Shown: positions 24,392-34,445, numbered from the whole stretch's first letter. The stretch is DNA of 63,701 nucleotides, filler included, from 10 parts of 10 records of this genome joined end to end with filler, not necessarily neighbours in it; one strand, 5' to 3'. Notes: a model not told the origin generated them from the letters alone. Numbers and translations are program-made.

Positions 24392-24703
24392 ATGCGTACT
24401 TTGATTGTAGCTGCAGCTCTTGTTTTTACCGGTGCTACCCTGGCCCAGGCCCATACTCCGCTCTGTTCTTGTTTTGATAATGGTGATGGAACCATTACCT
24501 GCGAGGGCGGATTCTCCGACGGCTCTTCAGCGTCCGGGGTTACGATGAGGGTCGAATCTTCAGGGGACACGGTTCTACTTGAAGGAAAGATGAATGAAGA
24601 TTCTGAATACACTTTCGATAAGCCGAAAGGGGAGTATATGGTGATTTTTGATGCCGGTGAGGGACATCGGATCACTGTTCCCGGAAAAGAGATTGTTGAG
24701 TAA
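24392..24703 (+). CDS. Small exported protein, probable accessory component of Ni/Co uptake
   Basis: Signal peptide AQA-H, then HTPLCSCFDNGDGTITCEGGFSDGS and FDAGEGH; directly upstream of DUF4198. Confidence 0.75.
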   Translation: MRTLIVAAALVFTGATLAQAHTPLCSCFDNGDGTITCEGGFSDGSSASGVTMRVESSGDTVLLEGKMNEDSEYTFDKPKGEYMVIFDAGEGHRITVPGKEIVE

Positions 24704-24775
24704 TTGAGGGTATCATGCCGCAGGCGTCCACCCTTAAAACTTAAATACGTAGGAATTATATAAAAGGAGAAAGAG

Positions 24776-25591
24776 ATGAAACGATTGTTTACTTCACTTA
24801 TGGTCGGTGCAGTGCTTGTGGGATCTGCTGTTGCAGCTTCTGCCCATTTTCAGATGATTTATACGCCCGAGATGGCAATGCCAAAGGGGGGTAAGATTCC
24901 CTTGAAACTTGTATTTACCCATCCCTTTGAGGCCGGTCATACCATGGATATGGGTACCCCCGAGCAGTTCTTTGTTGTTCGTACTCGAGGGGAGAATGCG
25001 CCAAAGAAGATGGATCTGCTCGATACCCTTAAACCGATAACCTGGACGAGCTTGACCAACAGCGGAAAGGCGTGGGAGACCACGTACCAGGCCCGCAGTG
25101 GGGATCATACCTTCTGCCTGATACCAGAGCCGTATTGGGAGGAAGGGGACGGTTTTTTTATCAAGCAGAACACCAAGGTCATTGTTAACGCAGGTGGTGA
25201 ACCCGGAGCATGGATGGAGCCTGTTGGTTTGCCCACTGAGATTGTACCTATGGCAAAACCCTATGATCGTTGGACCGGTAATGTTTTTCAGGGCAAGGTG
25301 TTATTTGACGGTAAACCGGTTCCCGGTGCCGAAGTTGAGGTTGAATTTATGAACCACAAGCCGATGCTCAACGAGAATGCGTTTGCCAAGGATGGTGAAG
25401 TTGAAGCTCCCCAGGATGCGTTTGTTCTGCAAACCATTTTTGCCGATGAGAATGGTGTATTCACCTTTGGGATCCCACGTGCCGGCTGGTGGGGATTTGC
25501 AGCTCTGGACCTGGATCCGGACTACCAGTATAAAGGGAAGAAATGCTCTCGTGATGCTGTTATCTGGCTTCAGGCAAAGGATATGAAGTAG
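24776..25591 (+). CDS. DUF4198 periplasmic protein (Ni/Co transport associated)
   Basis: ASA-HFQMI, FTHPF, PEPYWE, GLPTEIVP, GAEVEVE, AGWWGFAAL. Confidence 0.88.
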   Translation: MKRLFTSLMVGAVLVGSAVAASAHFQMIYTPEMAMPKGGKIPLKLVFTHPFEAGHTMDMGTPEQFFVVRTRGENAPKKMDLLDTLKPITWTSLTNSGKAWETTYQARSGDHTFCLIPEPYWEEGDGFFIKQNTKVIVNAGGEPGAWMEPVGLPTEIVPMAKPYDRWTGNVFQGKVLFDGKPVPGAEVEVEFMNHKPMLNENAFAKDGEVEAPQDAFVLQTIFADENGVFTFGIPRAGWWGFAALDLDPDYQYKGKKCSRDAVIWLQAKDMK

Positions 25592-25610
25592 GTCCTTGAC
25601 ATAAGAAGAC

Positions 25611-25645
25611 ACGTTGCAAGGGGAATCTGTATACCCTTGCAACGT
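25611..25645 (+). other. Strong intergenic hairpin without U-tract
   Basis: ACGTTGCAAGGG...CCCTTGCAACGT 12-bp inverted repeat. Confidence 0.6.
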
Positions 25646-25661
25646 CTATGGGGAATATACA

Positions 25662-25838
25662 ATGCAACTCTGGGATATTGCAGTGACAGGTGCGATTGTC
25701 GTGTTGGCCGTATGGTATTTGTACAGGAAGTTTGTTGTCGGTAAGGGGTGTACCTGTGGTTCTGCATGCCGCAACTGTCCGGGCACCAAGGAGGATGCTG
25801 ATGATTTTATTCAGTGCCGCCCCTGTGATAAGAAGTAA
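25662..25838 (+). CDS. FeoB-associated Cys-rich membrane protein
   Basis: One TM helix then KGCTCGSACRNCP. Confidence 0.75.
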   Translation: MQLWDIAVTGAIVVLAVWYLYRKFVVGKGCTCGSACRNCPGTKEDADDFIQCRPCDKK

Positions 25839-25871
25839 TTTAGACTTCAAGATGAGACTTACTGGTGTGTT

Positions 25872-26362
25872 ATGAAGGTGAAAAGACGAGTGGAGAAAAG
25901 GCTGCAACTCAGTGCCAGTGCGGAAGATTATCTTGAGAAGATTTATATAATCTGCCGGGAAAGCGGGGAAGCCAGGTCCAAGGATATTATGGATTCTCTT
26001 GGTGTGAGTGGCCCTTCGGTGACTGAAGCCCTGCAACTCCTCAGTGCCAAAAAACTTGTCAACTATGCCCCGTATTCACCTATCACCCTTACCAGGAAGG
26101 GGAACAGGCCGCCCGTGATGTGCTTTTCAGGCATGAAACCCTGAAGGAGTTTTTTGTCGAAGTACTTGGTGTTGAACAGGATCAGGCGGAAGAAGGGGCG
26201 TGCAGGATGGAGCATGCTGCCACTCCGGGGATTATAGAGCGAATCGTGCAATACACCCGCTATCTGCGTGAAGAGTGTGAAGGCCGGTCATGTGCTGAAA
26301 TTTGTCGATTCAGGCAATATCTGGAACGTATGCAGCTTGAAAAGGATTCGGGTGAATTATAA
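25872..26362 (+). CDS. DtxR/MntR-family metal-dependent regulator; frameshift in G-run near 26100
   Basis: LSASAEDYLEKIY, LGVSGPSVTEAL, ITLT; second frame RHETLKEFF, ACRMEH. Confidence 0.9.
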
Positions 26363-26562
26363 GTCCCTCTGGTGTTGAGTTAGTGGCAGTATGCATCTCT
26401 CATTTATGCCTAACCTTTCGATGGTCTGTTAGTCATTTCGTAGAGTGTGCTCCGGGTTCTTCGGATCATTTTTTTGTAACTACTCACGGGATAGCAACTT
26501 AGTTTTTCGATACCCTGTGACTAGTTACCTTTTTTTTACACGTTTAACTTTCGGAGATAGCT

Positions 26563-27432
26563 ATGTGCCGTTTGAAAAATACTGTCGTGTTCCAGGTCGG
26601 AGCACTCTATTCCATTTTCCTTCTCGGAGTGCTGTTTTCCCCATCCATCGCAGGGGCTCATTCTCTTTACATCCAATCCGGCCGTTACCATGTGAGTGAG
26701 GGAAAGGGGTCTCCACTGTTCTTTTGCTACGGGCATCATTTCCCTGTCGACGATGCAGTGCGACGAAAAAAACTCACTTATGTCCGGGTGATTGACCCTA
26801 AGGGAGAGGCGAGCGATGTCAGCTTAAGAGATGAGAAATCACTCCATTCCTACGTGATCGATTATGAAAAGCCGGGAACTTATGTGCTGGTTGCAGAGAC
26901 TAAACCCGGCTATTTCGCCATGTATCTCGACAAAAAGGGACGTAAGCGTCATTCACTGAAACCGCTCAACACATTTATCGATAACGCAGAGAGCATCCAG
27001 TCCAGTATGCGCAGCAGCCAGTGGGCGAAAACCTACGTGACCTGCAAGAACCCTTCAACAGAGTTTCCGGCTGAAGTTGGGCTGCCTCTGGAAATAGTAC
27101 CGCAAACCGATCCCACAAGTTTAAAGCAGGGCGAACGTATCACCTTTACAATCATGTATGACGGCATCCCCTATACCGGTCAGGGGTCCTGGGATGCGAC
27201 CTATTCCGGTTTTTCCACTGAGGCAGAAGATATGTATTTTCCGCGCACGGAAGTGACCGATGGCGTGTTTACAATGCCTGTTGAGCAGAGTGGGAGATGG
27301 TTTGTGCGTTTTTTTACCAAAACTGATCCGCCTAAAGAAAATAAAAGCGAATATCTTACTGAAAAACGCACAGCAACTCTCACTTTCGAGGTCCGTAATG
27401 AGCGAAAGAGGCCGAAGAATGACTCACATTAA
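26563..27432 (+). CDS. Second DUF4198 periplasmic protein
   Basis: AGA-HSLYI, YGHHFP, WAKTYV, GLPLEIVP, ATLTFEV. Confidence 0.8.
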   Translation: MCRLKNTVVFQVGALYSIFLLGVLFSPSIAGAHSLYIQSGRYHVSEGKGSPLFFCYGHHFPVDDAVRRKKLTYVRVIDPKGEASDVSLRDEKSLHSYVIDYEKPGTYVLVAETKPGYFAMYLDKKGRKRHSLKPLNTFIDNAESIQSSMRSSQWAKTYVTCKNPSTEFPAEVGLPLEIVPQTDPTSLKQGERITFTIMYDGIPYTGQGSWDATYSGFSTEAEDMYFPRTEVTDGVFTMPVEQSGRWFVRFFTKTDPPKENKSEYLTEKRTATLTFEVRNERKRPKNDSH

Positions 27433-27533
27433 TCGGTTCTGTTGTAAAAGATACCGTGTTTAATGGAGTCTCGACAAATTACGTCGCTACCCGCGTGTGT
27501 AGTTTTCCAGCCGTCCCTTTTTGCTTGAGGTGG

Positions 27534-28490
27534 TTAGATTGATGCTGCCAGGAGCAGCCCCCCGGCACCAGTCAATACCAGGCCCGACAGACAGTGCAGA
27601 CACGGTTCAGCATAATGAAGTCCTGCTTGAGTACCTGAAGAGGCCTTCAATGTGAGTTGCTTCCCGGCAAGGCTAAGCCATACCGCCAGGGTTATTGTCA
27701 ATGCCATACCGGCAGAGACTGTACAGCAGAGCAGCAGTCCAAGCACAGCCTGGTCCAGGGACAGACAGAATAACAGAATCATGATCACCCCGGGACACGG
27801 CACGATGCCGATGGCAAGAGCCGCGGTGAGTGGGTTGTCAAAACGCTTTCCCGTCCCACTTCTCTCCTGATGATGGGTATCTTTGGCAAAGAGTGCACGT
27901 ATGCCGGATATGAAAATATACATTCCGATCAGGCAGATTAAACTGTAACTGGCGATCTGGGTTACCCGGGTTGCCGATTCAAGGCTGGTGGTGATAGCCT
28001 TTTCCATGATGACACGTAGAAGAAATACCACTGTAACGGCTGAGCCGGCGTGGATAACGGCAATGAGTGTGCCGAGCCAGAGCCCGGATTTATAGCTCCG
28101 GTCACGGGCAAGGGCGTAGGTCATCGCAATCGCTTTCCCGTGCCCCGGGCCCGCCGCATGGATGACTCCATAGCCCAGGGCGAGAAGAAAGAGTGGCAGC
28201 AGGGGTGCTATTTTTCCGTCTTTTTTAAAGTCTCGGACATGGGCAGCAATACGCTGTTTGATCTTCATCTGGAGAATGGTGATGCGGGCAATAACATCGG
28301 AAAGTACACTTTCCTCCTCCTGCTGCCGATCGGCAGAGATTGATTGCGGTGCCGGGGTGGATCTCCCGGTAAGCGGGTTGGCGTAAGAAGAGCTTACAGC
28401 CACGACCTGTAACGAAAGAACGAGGCACAGCACCGTTCTTGCAATAGTGGCAGTGCTTCCCGGGGAAAGGTGAAAATTTAACGAGATCAC
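27534..28490 (-). CDS. NiCoT/RcnA-family nickel/cobalt transporter
   Basis: YGVIHAAGPGHGK, GIVPCPG, multiple TMs. Confidence 0.9.
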   Translation of the reverse strand: MISLNFHLSPGSTATIARTVLCLVLSLQVVAVSSSYANPLTGRSTPAPQSISADRQQEEESVLSDVIARITILQMKIKQRIAAHVRDFKKDGKIAPLLPLFLLALGYGVIHAAGPGHGKAIAMTYALARDRSYKSGLWLGTLIAVIHAGSAVTVVFLLRVIMEKAITTSLESATRVTQIASYSLICLIGMYIFISGIRALFAKDTHHQERSGTGKRFDNPLTAALAIGIVPCPGVIMILLFCLSLDQAVLGLLLCCTVSAGMALTITLAVWLSLAGKQLTLKASSGTQAGLHYAEPCLHCLSGLVLTGAGGLLLAASI

Positions 28491-29101
28491 GATTTTCTTT
28501 CGAATTCCAGGGTCAACATGGTTGGGTGAATCATATCGAAATAGATCAGCGTATCCGGATCCTCGCCTATCTCGGTATTCACCGTAAATGGTGCATCTTT
28601 TTCAAGAAGGACCGCCCCTTCTTCAGGAAAAAGCATGGCCAGAAAAAAATCCGGATCATAGGGCGAGATCTTCAGCTGATGCTTCCTGGTATCAGCCTCG
28701 ATTTTGCACTCAACAAAGAATTCGTAATAGAGAGTACCCTCTTCAAAGCGTATGGAAAAATCCTGTACTGTGGTGACCGGATACGGTTTTCCATCTACTT
28801 CAATGTGGGTGAAATAGCTGAAGGCAGGCAGGCTTTCCTTGCCGAGTTCTACCAATTCCCGACTTTCAGCATCGTTGAAAGTTCCATCTCCATCCAGGTC
28901 GAATTCCGGGCCGGTCATTGCCGAATACATTTCATCAAACACCCAGTAAACCCGGATGCCATCTATTCCCGTCTCATTAAAAACAACTTTGAAATAGGTG
29001 TTCACAAAGGCATGAGGATGGGCCTGGGAGTTGTATGGAATTGCACATGTTATACTGGCGATGATGAACAATAATCGAATCAGGGGTGTGAGTGTTTTCA
29101 T
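28487..29101 (-). CDS. DUF1007 family periplasmic protein
   Basis: SQA-HPHAFV, WVFDEMYS, YFTH, YDPDFF; overlaps the transporter start. Confidence 0.9.
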   Translation of the reverse strand: MKTLTPLIRLLFIIASITCAIPYNSQAHPHAFVNTYFKVVFNETGIDGIRVYWVFDEMYSAMTGPEFDLDGDGTFNDAESRELVELGKESLPAFSYFTHIEVDGKPYPVTTVQDFSIRFEEGTLYYEFFVECKIEADTRKHQLKISPYDPDFFLAMLFPEEGAVLLEKDAPFTVNTEIGEDPDTLIYFDMIHPTMLTLEFERKS

Positions 29102-29288
29102 GTATGACTTGTTTATTATCTTGTTGAAATACAAGCATTGTTGTCCTGTTGTGAACCTTTTTTGAAAGATACCCTTCTAGCATGTCTGCTCCTATCAGGA
29201 AATCCTTTTCTTTCTAAATCGTTTTGTCTGCTTTCCCATTGTTACTATGGAACGTGTGCTCTGGTAAAGTTTCGCAAGCAGTAGAAAA

Positions 29289-29302
29289 TTAGCCACAACT
29301 AA
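29289..29302. promoter_or_regulatory. DtxR-type box
   Basis: TTAGCCACAACTAA flanked by A-tracts. Confidence 0.65.
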
Positions 29303-29377
29303 AAAAATATTGCAACTCTAAAAAAGGTGGTGTAGATAGTTCCGAAACACTTCGCTTCAAATAAACAAGGAGACACG

Positions 29378-29718
29378 ATGAAGCTTTCAAAAATGGTTAT
29401 TGGGGGAGCCTGTCTGCCTGTTGGGGCGTCGGCACATTCAGCCCTATGCTCCTGCTTTGATAATGGTGACGGGAGCGTTACCTGTGAAGGTGGTTTTTCA
29501 GATGGTCCTCTGCAGCTGGTGTCAGGGGTTTTGTCTGGAATACAAGCGGTAAAGCGTTGATTCGGGGAGCGATCAACGAAGATGGAGAGTTCAGCTTTAG
29601 CAAACCGGATGCAGAATACAAAGTGGTGTTTGATGCAGACCCAGGGCTTCAGGTAACGGTGCCCGGAAAAGAAATAATAGAGCCGGGTTTTTTTGAGCCA
29701 AATATTAGATGCGTCTAA
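29378..29718 (+). pseudogene. Degenerate paralog of the 24392-24703 exported protein
   Basis: HSALCSCFDNGDGSVTCEGGFSDG; frameshift near 29506; shortened signal peptide; reads past the paralog's stop position. Confidence 0.6.
29705..29718. promoter_or_regulatory. DtxR-type box
   Basis: TTAGATGCGTCTAA, 34 nt before the next ATG. Confidence 0.65.
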
Positions 29719-29751
29719 CTGTCGTTTTGGTTTCCCGAAAGTGAGGTTGAT

Positions 29752-29907
29752 ATGACGAAGCGTAATGATTCTGCACCTGTTTATTCCGGGAGTCGAAGAA
29801 GGAAAATATGGGAAGTGCGCGGGTACCATTGTTCCATCATAGGGACTTGTTTTACGCGTACGGAGATCAGAAAACTTGCATCGCGCAGAAAGTTAGGAAT
29901 CTTCCCG
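29752..29907 (+). CDS. N-terminus of a probable DUF2325-containing protein, truncated
   Basis: RRKIWE...HCSIIGTCF...EIRKL; GAGG RBS. Confidence 0.65.
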
Positions 29908-30007
29908 NNNNNNNNNNNNNNNNNNNNNNNNNNNNNNNNNNNNNNNNNNNNTTAATTAATTAANNNNNNNNNNNNNNNNNNNNNNNNNNNNNNNNNNNNN
30001 NNNNNNN

Positions 30008-31159
30008 GCAGTTGTGGCAGCCGGCAATGCAGTAATCGGCGCCGGTGGTCTGGATCTGATTATCCTTCAAGCGCCCATACTCCAGGCGTTCCTCTTTGTA
30101 CCCGGACTGGAGGAATCCGCCACCACCACCGCAGCAGAAGTTATTGGATCGGTTGGGATGCATGTCGATAAAGTTGTCTTCGCCTACCACCGATTTGACC
30201 ACAAAACGAAGGTCCTCGGCGATGGGGTCACCATAACTTTTGCGTACGATCTGGCAAGGGTCCTGTACGGTAAACTTCACCTTGAGGTCTTTGTTCCAGT
30301 CCGAGTTCACCTTGAGTTTACCTTCACGGATCCACTTGGCGTAGTACTCATAGATGTTTTTAACTTCAAAGTTGTGAGGAATATTGTATTTTTTCAGTCC
30401 TGCCAGGACTGAGAAGGTGACGTGTCCTCACTCCGTATTAAGAAACGTCTTGCACCCCAAATCGTCGGCCTGCTTGGCCGATGTGCTGGTAATGTGCTTC
30501 CAGGCGTCGTCATCGGCCAGAAACATGCAGTAGTTCTCGCCGCCCCACCCTTTGGAGCCGTAGGTCCAATCTACTCCTGCCAGGTGCAGTATTTTCCAAA
30601 GGGGAACCATCTCGTCGGGCTCGGTGACCGGTTCGCGAGAGTTCTGGTTCAGAAAGAACTCAGCCCCCTCTTTGTCGATGGGTGCCTCCATCTCCGCAAA
30701 TTCCGGCTGGGCCTCGCGATACTCCTCCAGCACATCTTCGACCACAAATACGAAGTCATCCGGCGAAGTTCCCATGGCGCTGCAGCTCTCATTACGCAGG
30801 GCCATATCGCAAGAGCCGAGGATTCCCTTGGGGCGCTCTTCTCTGGGTGTCAGGGCACGTGCATTGAAGACCAGCTGCGGGATATTGATCTCCATGGGGC
30901 AGACGTAGACACAGCGCTGGCACATCGAGCACATCCATACCCACTTCGACTCACGGATCTCCTCATCCATCCCCAGGGCCGCCATCCGTAAAAATTTGCG
31001 TGGGTCCATATTTTCCAGGCCGGTTGCCGGGCAGCCCGATGAACAGGCCCCGCACGTCAGGCACAGGTTCAAGTTCCCGCCTTCGGGCAAGATCTCTTTC
31101 ACCTTTTCCAGAAAGGTCTCTTTTCGTTTCACGCCGAGCGTGATCGGCTGTTGCGTCAT
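30008..31159 (-). CDS. Selenocysteine-containing (Fe-S)-binding oxidoreductase, HdrD/TmcB/HmcF/GlpC-like; 3' truncated
   Basis: CLTCGACSSGCP and CSMCQRCVYVCP; in-frame TGA at 30428-30430 reads NTE-U-GH and continues in frame to QDPCQ, FCCGGGGG, GCHNC; GGAGGAGG RBS. Confidence 0.9.
30394..30412 (-). promoter_or_regulatory. Bacterial SECIS hairpin
   Basis: mRNA UCAGUCCU-GGC-AGGACUGA, perfect 8-bp stem; G-starting loop 23 nt after the UGA. Confidence 0.8.
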
Positions 31160-31270
31160 GCGTTGGGTTCCTCCTCCTTCGTATGAAGTGAAAAATGGCG
31201 CCGCGCTTTCGCCCGGCCTGGATTCGGCAACCGGGCCCGGAGCGACGGTGGTTATCTCCACCCGAGTCCA

Positions 31271-31286
31271 AGCATTCGGCATGCCA
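31271..31286 (-). promoter_or_regulatory. Sigma54 promoter of the selenoprotein gene
   Basis: Minus strand TGGCATGCCGAATGCT (GG-N10-GC). Confidence 0.75.
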
Positions 31287-31368
31287 AAGAAGGCTTTTCC
31301 CGGGTTTAACTCCTATTCATTTGTATTCTTTAAATTTTTCGTCCCTCCAACCCCGAAGCGCCCGCCTG

Positions 31369-31421
31369 TTTAGTCGCACTGTCGCGCCCTTGAATATCGA
31401 TTTTAGTCGCACTTTTGAGAC
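31369..31421. promoter_or_regulatory. Candidate upstream activator sites
   Basis: TTTAGTCGCACT at 31369-31380 and 31402-31413 (33 bp apart); second copy extends to the near-palindrome GTCGCA-CTTT-TGAGAC. Confidence 0.6.
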
Positions 31422-31429
31422 CATCTTTT

Positions 31430-32827
31430 TCAGTGATGGTGCTTCCCTTCGACCCGCCTTGCGGATCGCCCATCCTGCTCCGGCAAAGAGATGTCGAGCC
31501 GTTTGATCATGCGAAACAGTGTACTTTTGTGAATGCCCAGTGCCCTTGCAGCCGCCAATCGATTGAAATTGTTCTGTTCCAGCGCAGTCTGAATGGTCTG
31601 GCTGTCGATCAGATTGCGGGCCTCCCGCATGCCGGATGACAAATTGCCCGATTTGCCGTGAGCGGTCAGCTCGTCGGGGAGGTGTTCGATGCCGATGATC
31701 TGTTTGTCACAGAGAACAAACGCCCGCTCGATCGCATTTTCCAACTCGCGGACATTGCCGGGCCAGTCGTGGGCCATCATGAGTGAAAGCGCCTCAGCGG
31801 CAATGCCCTTGATGGTTTTTCGCTGCAGTCGATTGAAATGGTCGATAAACTGCTCGGCCAACAGGGAGATGTCCTCCTTGCGCCGTCTGAGGGGCGGCAG
31901 CTCCACACGCACAACATTGACACGGTAGTAGAGATCTTCCCGGAAGGCACCTTGCCGCATCTCCACCGCCAGGTCCTTATTGCTGGCAACGATGATGCGC
32001 ACATCGGCCAACTCCGTGGCGGTGGCACCCAACGGTTCGTAACTCCGCTCCTGCAACACCCTCAGCAACCGAACCTGCAGGGCTGGGCTCACCTCGCCGA
32101 TCTCGTCGAGCATCAGGGTACCCCCTTTGGCCATGGCGAACCGACCCGGCTTGTCCTTGTTGGCGCCGGTAAATGCCCCGGCTTTGTATCCGAACAGCTC
32201 CGATTCGAGCAGTGTGTCGGGCAGCGCCCCACAGTTGACTGCGACAAAGGGGCCTTCACGCCTTGGGCTAAGCGAGTGGATCGTGTGGGCCATCAGCTCC
32301 TTCCCGGTACCGGTCTCACCAAGGATCAAGACTGTGCTTGGGCTGGCCGCGATGGCCGGCAGCACTTCAAATACCCGTTGCATCAACGGGCTGCGACTGA
32401 CGATATCGCCGATTCGGAACCGGCCGGCCAGCTCCTTGCGCAGCGCCTCGACGTCGCTCAGGTCCCGGAAGGTCTCGGCGCCGCCTACGATCCGTCCGTT
32501 GGCATCACGAAGCACCGCCGTGGAGACGCTGATGGGAATTCTGGCGTGGTCGGCGTCGATGATATAGCCCGATTTCCCGATGATCGGCCTTTTGCTTTTC
32601 AAAGTCCGGGCAAGGGGGCACTCCGCTTCGCACATGCTGGAACGGAACACATCCGAACAGCGCTGTCCAAGGGCCTGTTTGCGCGAAATTCCGGTAATGG
32701 TCTCAGCCGCCCTGTTAAAAGAGGTGATCCGCCAGTTTTCATCCACCGTGAAGACACCGTCCGAGATGCTTTCCAGAATCGCTTCGGTGGGGGTTATCTG
32801 GCCTGCTGCAGGTTGTGTCATCGACAT
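31430..32827 (-). CDS. PAS-AAA-Fis sigma54 activator, OrpR-like
   Basis: PAS with CSDVFRSSMCEAEC (C-X8-C-X3-C), GETGTGKE, GAFTGA, WPGNVRELEN, HTH. Confidence 0.95.
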   Translation of the reverse strand: MSMTQPAAGQITPTEAILESISDGVFTVDENWRITSFNRAAETITGISRKQALGQRCSDVFRSSMCEAECPLARTLKSKRPIIGKSGYIIDADHARIPISVSTAVLRDANGRIVGGAETFRDLSDVEALRKELAGRFRIGDIVSRSPLMQRVFEVLPAIAASPSTVLILGETGTGKELMAHTIHSLSPRREGPFVAVNCGALPDTLLESELFGYKAGAFTGANKDKPGRFAMAKGGTLMLDEIGEVSPALQVRLLRVLQERSYEPLGATATELADVRIIVASNKDLAVEMRQGAFREDLYYRVNVVRVELPPLRRRKEDISLLAEQFIDHFNRLQRKTIKGIAAEALSLMMAHDWPGNVRELENAIERAFVLCDKQIIGIEHLPDELTAHGKSGNLSSGMREARNLIDSQTIQTALEQNNFNRLAAARALGIHKSTLFRMIKRLDISLPEQDGRSARRVEGKHHH

Positions 32828-32965
32828 CGGTTAACGCTCCCATAGCTGAATCGGCAGTTGGGTGTTTGCCATCGGTGCTGCGGATTGAGGGATTCTTCGT
32901 ACCCATACCGCTATGCATCGGCGAGAAGTGTCGCCGTTTTACCTTGCCGATCAAAGGGGCAATTG

Positions 32966-32981
32966 AGCAATTTGCATGCCT
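32966..32981 (-). promoter_or_regulatory. Sigma54 promoter upstream of activator 31430-32827
   Basis: Minus strand AGGCATGCAAATTGCT; TATTGCATATTGC at 33067-33079 about 90 bp upstream. Confidence 0.7.
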
Positions 32982-33083
32982 ACTCGGCGTGGCGCAGAAG
33001 AGGAGCGGATTTCAGGGGATTAGGGAGGGGAAAGAGGACGGGGTGGCAGATCAGCGACTACCGCAGTATTGCATATTGCGACA

Positions 33084-34445
33084 CTATGACGTTTTGCTGC
33101 GACCGTCGGTCTCCGGAACTTCGATGCCCAGGGCCCTGATTTTGCGATAGAGCGTTGAGGCATCGATGCCAAGATCCCTGGCAGCCTTTCGGCGGTTGCC
33201 GTTATGGTAAATGAGCGTCTGGTGGATGAACCGCTTCTCCATCGCTTTCAGGTTGACCGGTCCGAAGGGTTCGCGGCTGGAGAGCGGTTCGGAGCGAAAT
33301 TCCGGAGGTAGATGGTGCAGTTCGATCATGCCGCCCCGGCACAGCACAAAGGCCTGCTCGATGATGTTCTCCAACTCACGTACATTCCCGGGGAAATCGT
33401 GCTCCATGAGACGGGACACAACTTCCAGGGAGACACCGGCAATGTCCTTTCCTTGCAATCGGTTGAATTTACGGACGAAGTGATCGATCAGCAGGGGAAT
33501 ATCTTCCCTGCGCTGCTTGAGCATCGGCAACATCATATGAATCACACGAATCCGATAGTAGAGATCCTGGCGGAAAGTTCCCTCCCGGACCAATTGGGCC
33601 AGATCTTTGTTCGTGGCAGCCAGTACACGAATGTCCACGGATTTGGAGCGGATGGCCCCCAGCGGCTCGATGATGCGATCCTGCAGCACCCGCAGCAACC
33701 GCATCTGCATGGCTGGTGAGATGTCGCCGATCTCATCGAGAAAAATCGTGCCGCCGTCGGCCATCTCAAAACGGCCGGCTTTGTCCCGTTTTGCATCTGT
33801 GAATGCCCCGGCCTTGTGGCCGAACAGTTCACTCTCCAGCAGCGTATCCGGCAGGGCGGCACAATTGACCGCCACGAAACGCCGCTTGGCCCGTGATGAC
33901 AGATTGTGGATTGCGCGCGCGAAGAGCTCTTTTCCGGTGCCGCTGGGGCCTTCAATCAGAACCGTGCTGCTGCTTTCGGCAATTTGGGGCATCACCTTGA
34001 AAAGTTGAAGCATGGCATCACTGCGTCCAACGATATCTTCAAATGTATAGCGGCTCTTCAACTCCTTCTGCAGTTCCTCAACCTGGCTCAGGTCCTGGAA
34101 GGTCTCGACCCCACCGATAACATATCCGCCACGATCCTTGAGAATGGCGGTGGATATGCGAATCGGGACCCGGCGCCCCTGATTGCTGACGATATGGGCA
34201 GTGGCGTTCACGACAGGCCGACCTGTGTCGAAGGTCTGCCGAAGGGCGCAGGCCTTTTCGCAGATATCGGCATGGAAAACATCGCAGCACGCCTTTCCGA
34301 TGGCATCGCTACGGGAAATACCGGTGATCAGCTCTGCGGCCCGATTGAATGCGGTGATGTGCCAATCCTGATCGACTGTGAAGACGCCCTCGTTGACCGA
34401 ATCGAGAATCACATCCCGGTAGTCTGTCTCACCCTCTTTGTTCAC
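33084..34445 (-). CDS. PAS-AAA-Fis sigma54 activator, OrpR-like
   Basis: CCDVFHADICEKAC, GPSGTGKE, GAFTDA, FPGNVRELEN; GTG start after GGGAGGGAG. Confidence 0.95.
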   Translation of the reverse strand: MNKEGETDYRDVILDSVNEGVFTVDQDWHITAFNRAAELITGISRSDAIGKACCDVFHADICEKACALRQTFDTGRPVVNATAHIVSNQGRRVPIRISTAILKDRGGYVIGGVETFQDLSQVEELQKELKSRYTFEDIVGRSDAMLQLFKVMPQIAESSSTVLIEGPSGTGKELFARAIHNLSSRAKRRFVAVNCAALPDTLLESELFGHKAGAFTDAKRDKAGRFEMADGGTIFLDEIGDISPAMQMRLLRVLQDRIIEPLGAIRSKSVDIRVLAATNKDLAQLVREGTFRQDLYYRIRVIHMMLPMLKQRREDIPLLIDHFVRKFNRLQGKDIAGVSLEVVSRLMEHDFPGNVRELENIIEQAFVLCRGGMIELHHLPPEFRSEPLSSREPFGPVNLKAMEKRFIHQTLIYHNGNRRKAARDLGIDASTLYRKIRALGIEVPETDGRSKTS

